DNA of 64,000 nt from Eledone cirrhosa. Taxonomy: Eukaryota. Below the pieces are notes generated by a model that saw nothing but the letters and a program-made list of their open reading frames with translations, did no database searches and was not told the DNA's origin. Of the stretch, positions 22,260 to 35,297 are shown in pieces. The stretch covers positions 67,580,001 through 67,644,000 of the forward strand of contig OZ024744.1 in assembly GCA_964016885.1 (NCBI GenBank). Reading direction: 5' to 3'. Every line of letters starts with the position of its first letter. Within the stretch, counting starts at the first letter, position 1. The position numbers were made by a program, and so were the translations under genes.

Positions 22260-22808
22260 ATCATCATCATCATCATCACCATTTTACGTCCATTTTCCCA
22301 TGCTAGCATGGGTTAGACGAGTTGTCCTGTTGTGGGCAATGCCAGGTTGTCTTGCTCATATGGGAAGTGATTTTGGCTTGATTTCTACTACTGGATGCCC
22401 TTCCTCATTTACAGTGATTACTGGGTGCATTCTTACCGTGTCACCTACACGACCACTTTACAGTGCTGGCTGGGTGCTTTTTTTGTCGTGACACCTCCGC
22501 AACCCCTTTGCAGTGGGTGTGGGTGGGAGAGTATTGTCTATATGCTTCAGCTTCGGCTTGTACCCATGGGAACTTGGGTCTTCTGTATTACTGCGTAATG
22601 CCAGAGGTCTCGGTCCTGGGTCATCGCCTTTGAGAGGTGCAATTGGGCAAGGTTAGCTTTTATCACCTCATCCCAGGTCTTTTTAGGTCTCCCCACTCCA
22701 AGGCCTTATTATGCAGCTGTCATCCTTTATATGCATCACATATCCATACCAATGCAATCTCCTCTCCTGCACACAGCATTTGATTCCTCTTATGCCTAGT
22801 TTCTCTCT
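22260..22808 (-). mobile_element. RTE LINE 3' fragment (diverged subfamily)
   Basis: (TCA)n tail at 22260, 3'UTR module, and reverse-strand LGIRGIKCCVQERRLHWYG remnant. Confidence 0.75.
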
Positions 22809-25800
22809 CAAAGGAGGTCGATGTTTGTTGTATTCAAGAGACCAGGTGGAGGGGTGGGTCTGCTAGATTCATTGTGGGTAAAAAACGATGCTATAAGCTT
22901 TTCTGGGTGGGAAATGACAATGGGCTGGGTGGAGTAGGAATCATGGTAGCAGAAAAGTGGGCAGATAAGATAATAGACGTAAATAGAGTGAACGACAGAA
23001 TAATTAAAATAAGACTTGTCCTCAATAGAACTACGGTGACAGTAATATCTGCGTACGCACCCCAATCCGGACTGCCCGGCACTATAAAAGACAGATTCTA
23101 TGAGACACTGATGCTCACTACCTCCCAAATAACTGACAGTGACTATATAATTATTGCAGGCGACCTAAATGGTCATGTTGGACAACATTGTGATGGCTAC
23201 GACGAAATCCATGGAGGCTATGGGTTTGGTACTAGAAATGAGGAAGGCTCCAGAATCCTGGAATTCTGTGACGCAAATAACCTAACTATCTGTAACACTA
23301 ACTTCAAAAAACGTGACAATCACCTGATCACCTATAGATCGGGGGAACACACAAGCCAGGTAGATTATATCCTTACCAAAAGACGTGACAGAGTGTCTGT
23401 TGTAAACACTAAATCCCTCCCCTATGAAGAATGCACCTCCCAACATCGACTGATAATTAGCGACCTAATAGTCAGGACGAGACGTACTAGACAACAGAAG
23501 AGGACTATCCTCAGGAGAAAAATATGGAAGCTAAAGGACCCTACAGCCAGAAATAAATTCAAAAGTATACTACTTGATGCTTTCGACAGTAAGGAAGAGC
23601 AATTAGAGTCGTACAATATAGAGGAGCAGTGGGAATTCCTGAAAGCAAACCTGCTGATGGCGGCAGACGAAGTCTGTGGCTGGAGCAGGCCTGTAGGCAG
23701 GAGGAGAGTAACATGGTGGTGGAACAGTAAGGTGGAGGGGTCAATTAAGGCCAAAAAGCAGGCTTGGAAAGTATGGCGGGATGGGGGAAGCAGAGAAGAC
23801 TATCAAGTGGCCAGGAGGGAAGCTAGGAGACAAGTGTACTTCGCAAGAAGGGAAGCAGAGGAAAGAAAGTTCAAGCATGTTCTACAACGCGAGGACCAAA
23901 AACGTGAGGTCTTCAGGATTGCTAGGCAATGTGTCAAGGAAAACCGTGATATTGTCGGGGAGAAGTGTGTACTTAATGATGACGGTGTACTTGCCATCAC
24001 CGACGCTGATAAGAAGGTAGCTTGGAAGTGTCACTATGAAAGGCTACTAAATGAGGAGAATAAATGGGAGAAAGACAGTCTCCCCCACATCGACCCAATA
24101 GAGGGACCAGCAGTGTTAGTCGAGGGTAGTATAATAAGTAAGGCAATCAAAGATATGAAGACGGGTAGGCGGCTGGGCCTTCGGAAATAGTTGCCGAGAT
24201 GCTGAAGGCATCTGGTACGGTGGGACACACCATGGTCACCCGGATAGTTAACCAAGTCGTACAGAATGGGGTTGTTCCGAAGGACTGGCGTAGCAGCATC
24301 ATCGTTAACTGTTATAAGGGTAAAGGAGATGCCCTAGATAGGAGTAACTATAGAGGCATTAAATTAATCGACCAGGTCATGAAGGTCACGGAAAAAGTAA
24401 TAGCGCAACTAATCAGAGAAAGAATTGATCTAGATGAAATGCATTCGGGTTTGTGTCAGGCAAAAGTACCACAGACGCTCTTTTCATTGTACGACAACTA
24501 TAGGAGAAGTACCTAGCTAAAAGTAAACCCCTATACTTAGCTTTTGTCGACTTGGAGAAAGCCTTCGACAGAGTCCCCCGTTCCATTATCTGGTGGGCTC
24601 TTAGAAAACTAGGTATTGACGAATGGCTTGTGAGAGCTATACAAGCCATGTATAAAGAAACAGTCAGCAAGGTTAGAATTAACAACGAATATAGTGAAGA
24701 GTTTAGCGTAAAAGTTGGCGTCCATCAGGGCTCTGTTCTCAGCCCCCTACTATTTATTATTGCCCTTCAGGCTATAACAGAGGAGTTCAAGACCGGTTGC
24801 CCATGGGAACTCCTATACGCAGATGACCTAACACTCATAGCTGAATCAATGGCCGAGCTAGAGAAGAAATTCCAAACATGGAAGCATGGCCTAGAATCAA
24901 AAGGCCTTAAAATTAACCTGGCTAAGACTAAAGTTCTAGTTTGTAAGAAAGAAAATAAGGTGGCGGTCCCTTCCGGGAAGTGGCCATGCTCAGTGTGTAG
25001 GAAAGGCGTAGGTAGAAACTCCATTTTGTGTCCCAAATGCAAAGTATGGGTGCATAAAAGATGTAGTGGGATCACAGGTAAGCTAACTAAGAACATAGAT
25101 TTTACCTGTGGCCGGTGCTCTGGTGCAATAAGTAGCAGCAAGTGCCCACAAAAGACTAGCTCTTTCAACTGCGCAGAAGGTTCTATAGAAATAGTGGACA
25201 GCTTCCGTTACCTGGGTGACAAAATCAGCAGTGGGGGAGGGTGCTCTGAAAGTACAGTAGCTAGAGTCAGAACTGGATGGAAAAAGTTCAGAGAGCTTAT
25301 ATCACTATTAGCCGCTAAAGGGTTCTCCCTAAAAATGAAAGGCAGGTTGTATGATGCCTGCATACGAACAGCAATGTTGCATGGCAGTGAGACCTGGGCA
25401 TTGTGTGCGAGGATATACGCAGACTAGAGAGAAACGAAGCTTGCATGCTCTGCTGGATGTGTAATAGTAATATACGTGAACGGCAAAGCATAAACGAACT
25501 AAGGAAAAAATTAGAAATAAGAGGGATCAGATGTTGTTTACTCGAGAGAAGGCTACGTTGGTATGGTCACGTGATGCGCATGAAAGACGATAGCTGTATA
25601 ACAAATGCAGGGCAATAAAATTAGACGGTAGCCACGGAGTAGGCAGACCCGGAAAGACCTGGGACGAGCTGATAAATTCCGACCTCACACACTTACACCT
25701 CACCAAGACAATGTCACTGGACCGAGACATTTGGCGGTACTCAGTAATAGAGAAGACCCGCCTTACCTAAATACAAAGTAAAACCTACTACAGTCAGTAG

Positions 25801-26164
25801 GCATCTCTAACAAAATACACCCCCGTCCCACCACCCCCACCCTATCCACACCGCCCCTTTCAATGTAAAGTTATGTTGGTGCCACAACATCCAGGCCGAA
25901 ACAAATAAGATCGTGTAGGTGTCACGACAAAAAAACACACAGTTCACGCTGTAATGTGGCCGTGTAGGCAACACGGTAAAAACCTCCCAGCCCCACACTG
26001 TAAATGTGGTTGGTGTTAGGAAGGGCATCCAGCTGTAGAAAACCCGCCAGATAGTCCTATGTGAGCAAGATAATCACTCTTGCCTCAAGTGGGAAAACCC
26101 CCGTCCAAACCCATGCAAGCGTGGAACACGGACATTAAACGTTGATGATGATGATGATGATGAT
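22809..26164 (+). mobile_element. RTE-clade LINE, 5'-truncated, with ~400-bp 3'UTR and (GAT)n tail
   Basis: APE + RT ORF remnants followed by 3'UTR and GATGATGATGAT. Confidence 0.92.
22810..25770 (+). pseudogene. RTE ORF: AP endonuclease, reverse transcriptase, PHD-like finger; ~4 frameshifts
   Basis: VCCIQETRW, AYAPQ, GDLNGHVG, SQVDY, SQHRL, NYRGIKL, DLEKAFDRV, HQGSVLSPLLF, LLYADD, FRYLG, RRLRWYGHV. Frame breaks near 24170, 24443, 25410 and 25602. Confidence 0.92.
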
Positions 26165-26209
26165 TTGCCATTCACGTTTATTACTATATCACATAATATT
26201 GAATCTATA

Positions 26210-26705
26210 TGGACTGGCACAATTGATAGAGTGTTAGACACCATGCTTTGCAGCATAGAGTTATCGCCTTTTACCTTCTGAATGAAATATCAATATAATA
26301 TTGAAATGTGTGAATAAATATAATGATGTTATATTGATACTTTGGTCTTGCTCCTTCGGCAGTATCGGTAGAGAGTCGGACATGCTTTCCAGCATAGTTA
26401 CGTCCCTTTATGATCTGAGTTCAAATCCCGCCGAGGTTAACTTTGCCTTTCATCCTTACGAGGTTGATAAAATAAAGTACCAGTAATGTACTGGGTAATT
26501 GCTGGTCTTGTGCCAAAAATAGAAACAATTATTATTATTTACCTTTCATCGAACGCATGCTTTGCAGCATAGAGTTACGGCTCTTTATGTTCTGAGTTCA
26601 AATCCTGCCAAGGTTAACTTAGCTTTTCATTCTTACTGTAAAATAAAGTACCAGTAATGTACTGGAATAATTGCTGGCCTTGTGCCAAAATTAGAAACAA
26701 TTATT
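26210..26705 (+). mobile_element. Cluster of three Meta-like SINE copies/fragments
   Basis: Repeated GGCAGTATCGGTAGAG..GAGTTCAAATCC..GTACCAGTAATGTACTGG. Confidence 0.65.
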
Positions 26706-26857
26706 TATTTTGAGAACAATACCTTAACATAAGTATGAGCAACCAGTTACAGCCAGTTTGAACAGAAAGATTCTGGCTGGATACAGCTGGCTTAAATGCT
26801 AAAGCGTTAAGTTGTCCATAGTTTCAAGTATTTGCCTACTCAGATCATGATATACAC

Positions 26858-27809
26858 CAGAGGTTCTCAAACTCCCCGCCCCTGAGGGTCACATAATACC
26901 CTCAGCGCTCTCAACCCTATTTTCAGAGAGACCTGTCTACATGCAAATTGTAAATAATATATAATAGATAAAATCGTTAAGTTATATATAATAAATAACA
27001 TAATATACACTATGTATAAATAAATATTATATATTTTTTATTTTACTATCTTTATATAGGCGCATGGCTTAGTGGTTAGAGCATTGGGCTTGCAATCGAA
27101 AGGTTGTGAGTTCAATTCTCGGACCGGGTGATGTGTTGTTTCCTTGAGCAAGACACTTTATTTCACATTGCTCCAATTTACTCAGCTGTAGAAATGAGAT
27201 GATAGGGACTGGAGTCCCTATCATTCCACTGCAAAGTGGTCGTGGGGGTGCCACGGCAAAAAAGCACCCAGCACTCACTGGAAAGTGGACGTGTAGGCGC
27301 CACAGCAAAAAGCACCCAGCACTCACTGTAAATAAGGTTGGTGTTAGGAAGGGCATCCAGCTGTAGAAATCAAGCCAGAATCAGTTCCCATATGAGCAAG
27401 ACAAGGTCAGCCAACTGGATACTGTCCACAACAGGACAACCCGTCTAACCCATGCTAGCATGGAAGAATGGACGTAAAACGGTGATGATGATGATGATGA
27501 TATACAATATTTTGAGACCAAGGTTGACATATCTTGATGCCCTAAAGACAGATACAGATATCTTGGAGATGCATGACATGGTGGCAATGATGAAGGACAA
27601 AGACTGCTGGAGAGAACTCGTCCATCAATCTCGGCAATTTTATCCACCCTAGATATATCCTATGAATCATTTGGTATTTAATATACTGTTATATCATCTC
27701 TACTATCACCACCACCCTCAGTGCCCCTTTAGACTCCAGCGGCCCCCTGGACCTCTCAACGCCCCTGGGGGGGGGGGGGGGGGGACATCACCCACTTTGA
27801 GAACCTCTG
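26858..27809. mobile_element. hAT-type non-autonomous element with nested SINE
   Basis: TIR CAGAGGTTCTCAAA / TTTGAGAACCTCTG, with imperfect 8-bp TSD ATATACAC / ACATAGAC. Confidence 0.7.
27059..27501 (+). mobile_element. Full-length tRNA-derived CORE-type SINE with RTE tail
   Basis: GGCGCATGGCTTAGTGGTTAGAGC head, B box GAGTTCAATTC, CORE-like domain, (GAT)n tail. Confidence 0.8.
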
Positions 27810-28594
27810 ACATAGACAGTCAAATTAAACAAGACTAAAAAAATGAGTATCAGAAACTACCGAATGCATCTTTCCCGGCATAGAAAGATTTTAAGTACTG
27901 GATTAATGAATTAGTTAAGCAGGAATTGACAAGCATAATACTCAATAACTGGTTCTACTTTGGGCACAAGCCCAGCAATTTGAAAGGAAGGAAAAAGTCG
28001 ATTAAATCTACCCCAGTACATTACTGGTCCTTTATTTTATCGACCCCCGTAAGGATGAAAGGCAAAGTTAACCTCGGTGGAATTTGAACTTTATATTTAC
28101 TATGAGATGTTGATGTTATTTATTTTGAGAACAATACCTTAACATAAGTATGAGCAGCAGCCAGTTATGGCCAGTTTGAACAGAAAGAGGTGAGTGAATT
28201 ATAACCTGATATGGCAAGATTAAATGCTAAATTGTTATTCATATAGACTAAAACAGGAATTTATAAAAGATGAAAATGAAGATGTTTTACAGACAAAATA
28301 AACACTATAAAAGCATAGAGTAATTGGTTAAAATTAGTATCAGTAAATGTAAAATGGTATTCTCAATTAAAAACAAGAAAAATAAAATAAAATAAAATAA
28401 ATGATTAAATTCTGAAAGGGGACTAACAATACAAGACACACATCGGCAACATAATCTTAGAGGATTTAAGATCTGAGGAATTCAAACCAGATTAGCACTG
28501 AAAAATGATGTACTAGTAACATTAATTCCACCCTTGTGAATAAAATGATGTGCTTGAATTTGTTCTATAAAGTCAGGTTAAATAGATTTGAAAT

Positions 28595-29770
28595 TCTTCT
28601 TCTTCTTCTTCTTCTTCTTCTTCTTCTTCTTCTTCTTCTTCTTCTTCTTCTTCTTCTTCTTCTTCTTCCTGATAGAGTTATTGGAGCATATTCCTCAAAC
28701 ACTCCATCTAGTGGGTCTTGTCAGAAGCTAGATCCCCAAGCGAGATCAGCCAAGCCATGGATGTTATCCAACCATCTTGCTCAGGGTGTACTCCTTAGTC
28801 TCCTGCTGGTTGGTTTTTGCCTGTAAAATCTGTTCAGTGATTCTTTCATGAGACATTCTAACCACATGTTCATAGTATCGCAGCTGAGATCTCTCAATTC
28901 AGAGAAAGTAGTGACTCTACCTGGAGTGACTCTCTGATCTCTGAGTTATACCCTCTATCAAGTATCATTACTCCAAAAACTCTTCAGAGGAACCCCATTT
29001 CGGCCACTTGTGTTAGCAGATGTATTCTTTTGGTCATTACCTAAAATTCATGACCATAGGTAAGGATTGGCACAGATACTGAAAATTGAAAATATTGAGT
29101 TTGGCTTTTACACCTACCTCCCTTCCTCTGATTACCAAATGCTGCACCAGCTCCTGCAGTTCTTGCACTTAATCCAGCCTCCTTCCTTCCATCACTTATG
29201 AACACAGCCCCGAGATACTTGAATTTCTCCACCTGCTTCAGTGGAACCCCATTCACATGTAGAGTGCAGTGCACAGGCTTCCTTGAGAGGACGAGTGTCT
29301 CAGTTTTCACAGCACTGATCTTCATTCCAACCATGCAGCACTCAGCATCAAACCTATCAGGTGCAAGTCGGAGATCACCTTCTGTCGAGTTAAGTAACAC
29401 CATGCCATCTGCGAATTCCAGTCGACTGATTTTATACTTGCCTGTCGTAATACCACTTCCAACCCGGCTGCACATGTCAATCCTGATCTTGAAAATAATG
29501 AACAAGAGAGGTGATAGTATGCACTCTTGGTGGAGTCTGACTCCCACATTGAATGGTTTTGGTTTAGCATCCTTTATCCGAAAACAAATACTCTGGTATT
29601 CGTATACAGACATCAGGGCAGCAAAAAGCTGACCATTGATCCCATACTCCTGCACAACCTTCCACTGTAGGTCCCGAGGAATGTGCTCATATGCCTTTTT
29701 GAGGTCTACAAAACAAGAATTCTCAAAGACCTGCTGCAGTATGTGTCTGGGACGAAAACCGCACTGTCAT
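28595..29770 (-). mobile_element. Decayed RTE-clade LINE fragment of another family with (AAG)n tail
   Basis: LHQECILSPLLF, LEFADGMVLL, VEKFKYLG, ILTYGHE. (TTC)n at 28595-28668. Confidence 0.8.
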
Positions 29771-30541
29771 CAGCTATCTTAAATAATTGATTGTAGAGGA
29801 AAGCTAATGCATAAAGATACTCGCAGTAATTTTTTTCTCAAATATTTTATCTTGTATGTTGATATAAGAGCTAACACTCATCAACATCATCATCATCATC
29901 ATCATCATCATCATATCATTTATCATCTATTTTTCCACATTTGCATTGGAATTAGGATTTTCTTCAGATGTTATTATGGTGTTCCTTTAAATTTGTCTTA
30001 AGAAAAATGCACCCAGTAAACTTTATTTAAATGCACTCAGTTCACTCTGTAAGATGGTAGTGCTGATGCTGCAATAAAATGCACCCAGTATACTTTGTAA
30101 AATGTTAGTACTGACTTCACAATAAATTTCACCCAATGAACTCTACTTAAATGCACCCAGTACTCTCTGTAAAGTGGTAGTGCTGGTGCCACAATTAAAT
30201 GCACCCAGTATTCCCTGTAAAGTGTTAGTACTGTCTCCACAATAAAAAGCATCAAGTACATTCAGTAAAGTAATTAGTGTTAGGAAAGGCATCCAGCCAA
30301 AGAAAAAATACCAAAATATAAAACATAAGCAAGGTGAAGTTTCCTGACCCATCTAGTCTCGAATCATGTAAAATGTTGATAACAATAATGAAATGCAAAC
30401 AAAATAAAATATAAATGAAATAATAATTAGGATTAATATTTCTTAATTATGTAGCTAAACATATTCTGGAAAAATTTATATGTTTTGCAGAATGTATGAA
30501 ACAAAATATTGTAGAAAAAAGCCAATGTTCAGAAGTATGGT

Positions 30542-30932
30542 TTAACCCTTTAGTTACTAACCCAGCCAAATCTAGCTTTGGTTCTATGAAATAAAACCAC
30601 CCATTTTAAAGGTTTCCAATTTAAAATAAAATTTCCAATTTAAATTAAAATCTTCCAGAATAAATTTATATAAGAACCTTACATTAAGTTACTATCTTTA
30701 GTTGCCAAACCCAACCAAATCTGGCTTTGGTTCTATGAAATACAATGATTCAATTTAAAAGTTTCCAATTTAAATTAAAATCTTCAAGATAATTTTATAT
30801 AAGAACCTTACATTAAGTTATTATCTTACTAATGAAATAATTAATCATTTTAGAAAAATCTCTTGAAATTCTTCATTAATTTATTAAAACAGTGTAGTGT
30901 ATTTCATTAGAAATATGGCCAGGAAAGGGCTA
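30542..30932. mobile_element. piggyBac-like MITE with internal duplication
   Basis: TTAACCCTTT start and AAAGGGCTAG end. ~130-bp block duplicated (30550-30695 / 30698-30827). Confidence 0.4.
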
Positions 30933-31188
30933 GAGCAGAAGTTTTAAACTCAATGACTCAAAAGGGCGATTGCATACTGTGTTAGAAGATTAGTGAGCCA
31001 AAAGTAATGGGCATACAAAATGTGGAGTGAAATTTTGGATGCACCAAATCTACAGGAGCATACATGATTTTAAAAAGAAATTTTTAGGAAAACAAAGTTG
31101 GTCTCACTTGGGGATCCAGTCAGATCATTTTGGAACCTGTTGCTTCTGATAGACACTTGTGGAATGCCTGTCTGAGGACTCTGCTCCC

Positions 31189-31281
31189 AAGAAGAAGAAG
31201 AAGAAGAAGAAGAAGAAGAAGAAGAAGAAGAAGAAGAAGAAGAAGAAGAAGAAGAAGAAGAAGAAGAAGAAGAAGAAGAAG

Positions 31282-31331
<50 letters not shown>
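31189..31331. repeat. (AAG)n(AAC)n compound microsatellite
   Basis: Directly visible. Confidence 0.95.
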
Positions 31332-31431
31332 GGATTCATCAACTGATGAAGCATTGCAGAGTTTTGCATGCATAGATGCTAGTGTAATTGGCAGATTACA
31401 AATTGCATCTGTCAGTGCAGTCTGCACTTAC

Positions 31432-31489
31432 AAACCCCATGGGTCCAAGACGATACCACGTGCAACCACTGTTCCACTTTGTTAGCACT
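31432..31489 (-). other. Candidate 58-nt internal exon of an unidentified host gene
   Basis: Minus strand CTACTTTCAG|AGTGCT...GGGGTTT|GTAAGT. Two open frames (VLTKWNSGCTWYRLGPMGF or SANKVEQWLHVVSSWTHGV). Confidence 0.3.
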
Positions 31490-31584
31490 CTGAAAGTAGT
31501 TAGCTCGCTTATACGTTGAAACTAAATGAGTAATTGTGAGCAATCGAGATTATGTTAAATATACCTCTTATAGCCTCAATAACT

Positions 31585-31632
<48 letters not shown>

Positions 31633-31635
<3 letters not shown>

Positions 31636-31731
31636 GATATCCCAAAACAGTGTATACACACTTTGATTACCTTTACAGGCAATATTTATTAGAATGCTAT
31701 TGAAGTGTGTATACATTTTTTGGGGGACACC

Positions 31732-31734
<3 letters not shown>
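31633..31734. mobile_element. Tc1/mariner-type MITE (second copy, opposite orientation)
   Basis: CAGGATATCCC..GGGACACCCTG within (TA)n. Interior is the reverse complement of 13810-13912. Confidence 0.75.
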
Positions 31735-31762
<28 letters not shown>

Positions 31763-31964
31763 CTCTCGCTATATGTTAGTCATCTATTGAAGAATACAAC
31801 TGACAGTATCATTTTAGTTTTTAAGATGCTTGTACACAAATGATTGGAAATATATAATAAGCAGATTTGGTAAAGGCACTCATAACTCATACTTTTGAAT
31901 CCTATTATGAATAACCAAACAACATATCTTCTTGTAAAGGACCAATCTAGTAAAAAGGGTTCTG

Positions 31965-32027
<63 letters not shown>

Positions 32028-32535
32028 GGGGAGAGAGAGAGAAAGAGAGAGAGAGAGAGATGTATAAAATCCCAACTGTAGCAAGTATATATATACATAT
32101 ATCATTTCATCATCATCATTTCCTTTTACGTCTGCTTTTTCCCTGCTTGCAAGGGTGGGACGGGAACTGATTCTGGCTTGATTTCTACAGCTGGATGCCC
32201 TTCCTAACACCAACCTCATTTACAGTGAGTGCTGGGTGCTTTTTTGTCGTGGCACCTTCACGTCCACTTTGCAGTGGAATGATAGGGACCCCAGTCCCTA
32301 TCATCTCATTTCTACATATATATAAACAAATGGAGAGATCCTGAAGAGGACCCGTCCCACCCTTGCAGGCAGGGAAAAGCGGATGTAAATGGATGATGAT
32401 GATGAGGATATATGTATGCCAAAAGAAAACAGAAATAACAAAGCAAGCAACACAGTACAATTAAGAAATATCTATCTATCACATCTATCTATCTATATAT
32501 ATATAGATAGATATATATACACTCACACATACACA

Positions 32536-32570
<35 letters not shown>

Positions 32571-32571
<1 letters not shown>

Positions 32572-32915
32572 TTTTCTTTATTAACCACAAGGGTTTACAT
32601 AAACTAGACATTAAGGACAGTACAGGACAATACAGGACGGTACAAATGGGCATTTCTGCGTGTAAAAAAAACAGAGGATGTAATAAAATAACAAAGAAAA
32701 ATTCCCCAATAGGGGGGAGACTTCCGAGGGACATTTGTGGAGAAAGCCCATTAAAAGACCACAGTGACCCTGACCACCTGGGCAAGTGCCCTCTCCCAGT
32801 TTTCCACCTTTAATTTACAGACACATACTCAGAGAAGGCCCATTCATTCGGGCCATACTTGCTTCTCTCACCCATCTTTCAACAAAATGCTGGGAAGAGA
32901 GCACTTCCCTCTCTA
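32571..32915 (-). mobile_element. Tx1-clade LINE 3' fragment abutting (AAT)n
   Basis: Minus strand VEREVL..FVERWVREASMARMNGPSLSM and 3' end CCCTTGTGGTTAATAAAGAAAAC, homologous to 61380-61711. Confidence 0.75.
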
Positions 32916-32937
32916 CCCTTATTAATAATAATAATAA

Positions 32938-33630
32938 ACACCATATTTACAAGGAGGAGGTTAGCCCACTGTGCAGGATCTGTGGAGAGAGGAGACTGTG
33001 GCTCACATTGTATCCGAGTGTAAACACCTAGCCCAGACTCACTATAAGGGCTGGAGACATGATGTGATGGGCAGGGTGATCCACTGGCACCTATGCAAAG
33101 TAAACAATTTACCACATTCTGAGAAGTGGTATGAGCATAAGCCAGAGGCAGTGATAGAAAACGATCAGGTGAAGGTGCTGTGGGATTTTAGGAAACAGAC
33201 GGACAAGAAACTGGAACACAATAGACCTGACCTGGTGGTTGTGGACAAAGAAAAAAGATTGTGCCTGATTGTGGATGTGGCCTGCCCATTCGACACGAGA
33301 GTACAAGAGAAGGAGAGGGAGAAAATTAACCGATACCAGGACTTAAAGTGAGAGGTAAAAAGGATTTGGAACTGCCATTAAGTCAAAGTGATCCCGATTG
33401 TCATAGGCGCACTAGGGACTATCTCAAAAAGTTTCCAGGGATGGTTAAAGAAAATTGGCCCCTTCACGCTTTTTGGAACGCTTCAAAAGGCATACTTGCT
33501 GGGAACAGCAAGAACCCTCCGATACGTCCTGAATATCTGAGGCTACAGGTAGTGGCTTGATATCCATTTCAACAAACTTTCCAGTTAACTAACATCAATA
33601 ACTGAGACTCAAAGAACAATAATAATAATC
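32938..33630 (+). mobile_element. Dong/R4-clade non-LTR retrotransposon 3' fragment (CCHC + restriction-like endonuclease)
   Basis: CRICG..ETVAHIVSEC, RHD, VLWDF, HNRPDLVVVD, DVACPFD, EKINRYQDL, VIPIVIGALG. (TAA)n on both sides. Confidence 0.85.
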
Positions 33631-34025
33631 ATCATCATAATCATTTTACGTCCGCTTTTTACTGCTTGCAAGAGTTAAATGGGTCCTATTCAGCACAGCA
33701 TCTCTCCACTGTCACGGTCCTTTGTCATCTCCTCGGTGAGCTTCAGCAATCTGAGGTCAGCTCTCCCCACCTCCGCCCATGTTTTTCGTGGTCTGCCTCT
33801 ACTGCGTCTTCCTTCTACTGGGATTTCTTGGCACTTCTTTACCCATCGGTCATCCTCCATGCGCATCACATGTCCGTACCATCTCTGTCTTCTCTCCTGC
33901 ACACCACAACTTATCCCTCTTATACCCAGTTTCTTTCTCAACTCATCCATGCTTCGTCGTTCACACACATTGACATTGCACATCCAACGGAGCATGCTTC
34001 ATTTCTCTCCAGCCGTCGCATATCC
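33628..34025 (-). mobile_element. RTE LINE 3' fragment
   Basis: MLRWMC..RRQRWYGHVMRM..GRPRKTW. Confidence 0.8.
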
Positions 34026-34096
34026 TCTGCAGTTGCTGCCCATGTCTCACAGTGTGCACACACATACATATACACTCACCTCCAACCACACACATG

Positions 34097-34135
<39 letters not shown>

Positions 34136-34299
34136 TAATAAATGAACAGAGAACAAAAAACAGAGAGAGAGTACAAATGATATTGTTTTTAGTTTAATAT
34201 ATATATATATATATATATACACATTATATATACACATATATATATAAATATATATATATCATACACACATGACATTAATGTGTATGTGTGTGTGTGGTA

Positions 34300-34350
<51 letters not shown>

Positions 34351-34680
34351 ATTGTGTATGTGTGTATAAACATGTATGTGTAGAAGCTACGACTGTGACG
34401 AAGTGCAACAGTTGGAACAAAATCTTTATCCACCAAACAAAAATCAAACAAAAAATCCAAAATGTCTTCTTCACATAGCCACTGGTACTATTAGAAGGAA
34501 CAAGAAGATGATTGCAGTACTGTTGCATTAGGATCTGCCAGTTAATGATGAAATGTAATCAGATTTCATGCTTCATTGAATTTCACTGGATGAGCGATGA
34601 TGGACAATTACCACGCTTCGCTGCACTTGAGATTTGACAGATAGATTTTTCTGTCACACTATATAAATAAATAAATCCAT

Positions 34681-34767
<87 letters not shown>

Positions 34768-35012
34768 AATAAAAATAAAAATAAAATTAGTAGTAACATG
34801 GTGGACCAATTTCTTCTTCTTCTTCTTCTTCTTCTTCTTCTTCTTCTTCTTCTTCTTCTTCTTCTTCTTCTTCTTCTTCTCCTCCTCCTCCTTGCTATTG
34901 TTGCTGGTATTATTATTTTTATTATCATTAATATCATCATCATCATCATCATTATGATTATTATCATCATCATCGTTATCATCGTCATCATCATCATCAT
35001 CATCATCATTAT
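34681..35012. repeat. (AAAG)n, (TTC)n and (ATC)n microsatellites
   Basis: Directly visible. Confidence 0.9.
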
Positions 35013-35297
35013 TAATCAGTAACACACTGGGGTCAATTTAATCGACTTGCTCTCCCCAAAATTGTTTGTCTTTGTGCCTAAATCAGAAATCATTGTGGAT
35101 TGGCAGTATCGGTAGAGGGGCGGACGTCATGTTTTGACGCATAGAGTTACGGCCCTTTCCCTTCTGAGTTCAAATCCCGCCGAGGTTAACTTTGCCTTTC
35201 AACCTTACGGGGTCGATAAAATAAAGTACCAGTAATGTACTGTTATAATTGCTGGCCTTGTGCCAAAAGTAGAAACAATTATATTAATTATTATTTA

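Noticed and set aside
27059-27130. tRNA gene
   Set aside because: A/B boxes are present, but there is no clean cloverleaf and the sequence runs into a SINE body and tail.
31343-31352. Isolated CTGATGA (also ~37802)
   Set aside because: No complementary stems or correctly placed GAAA/UH.
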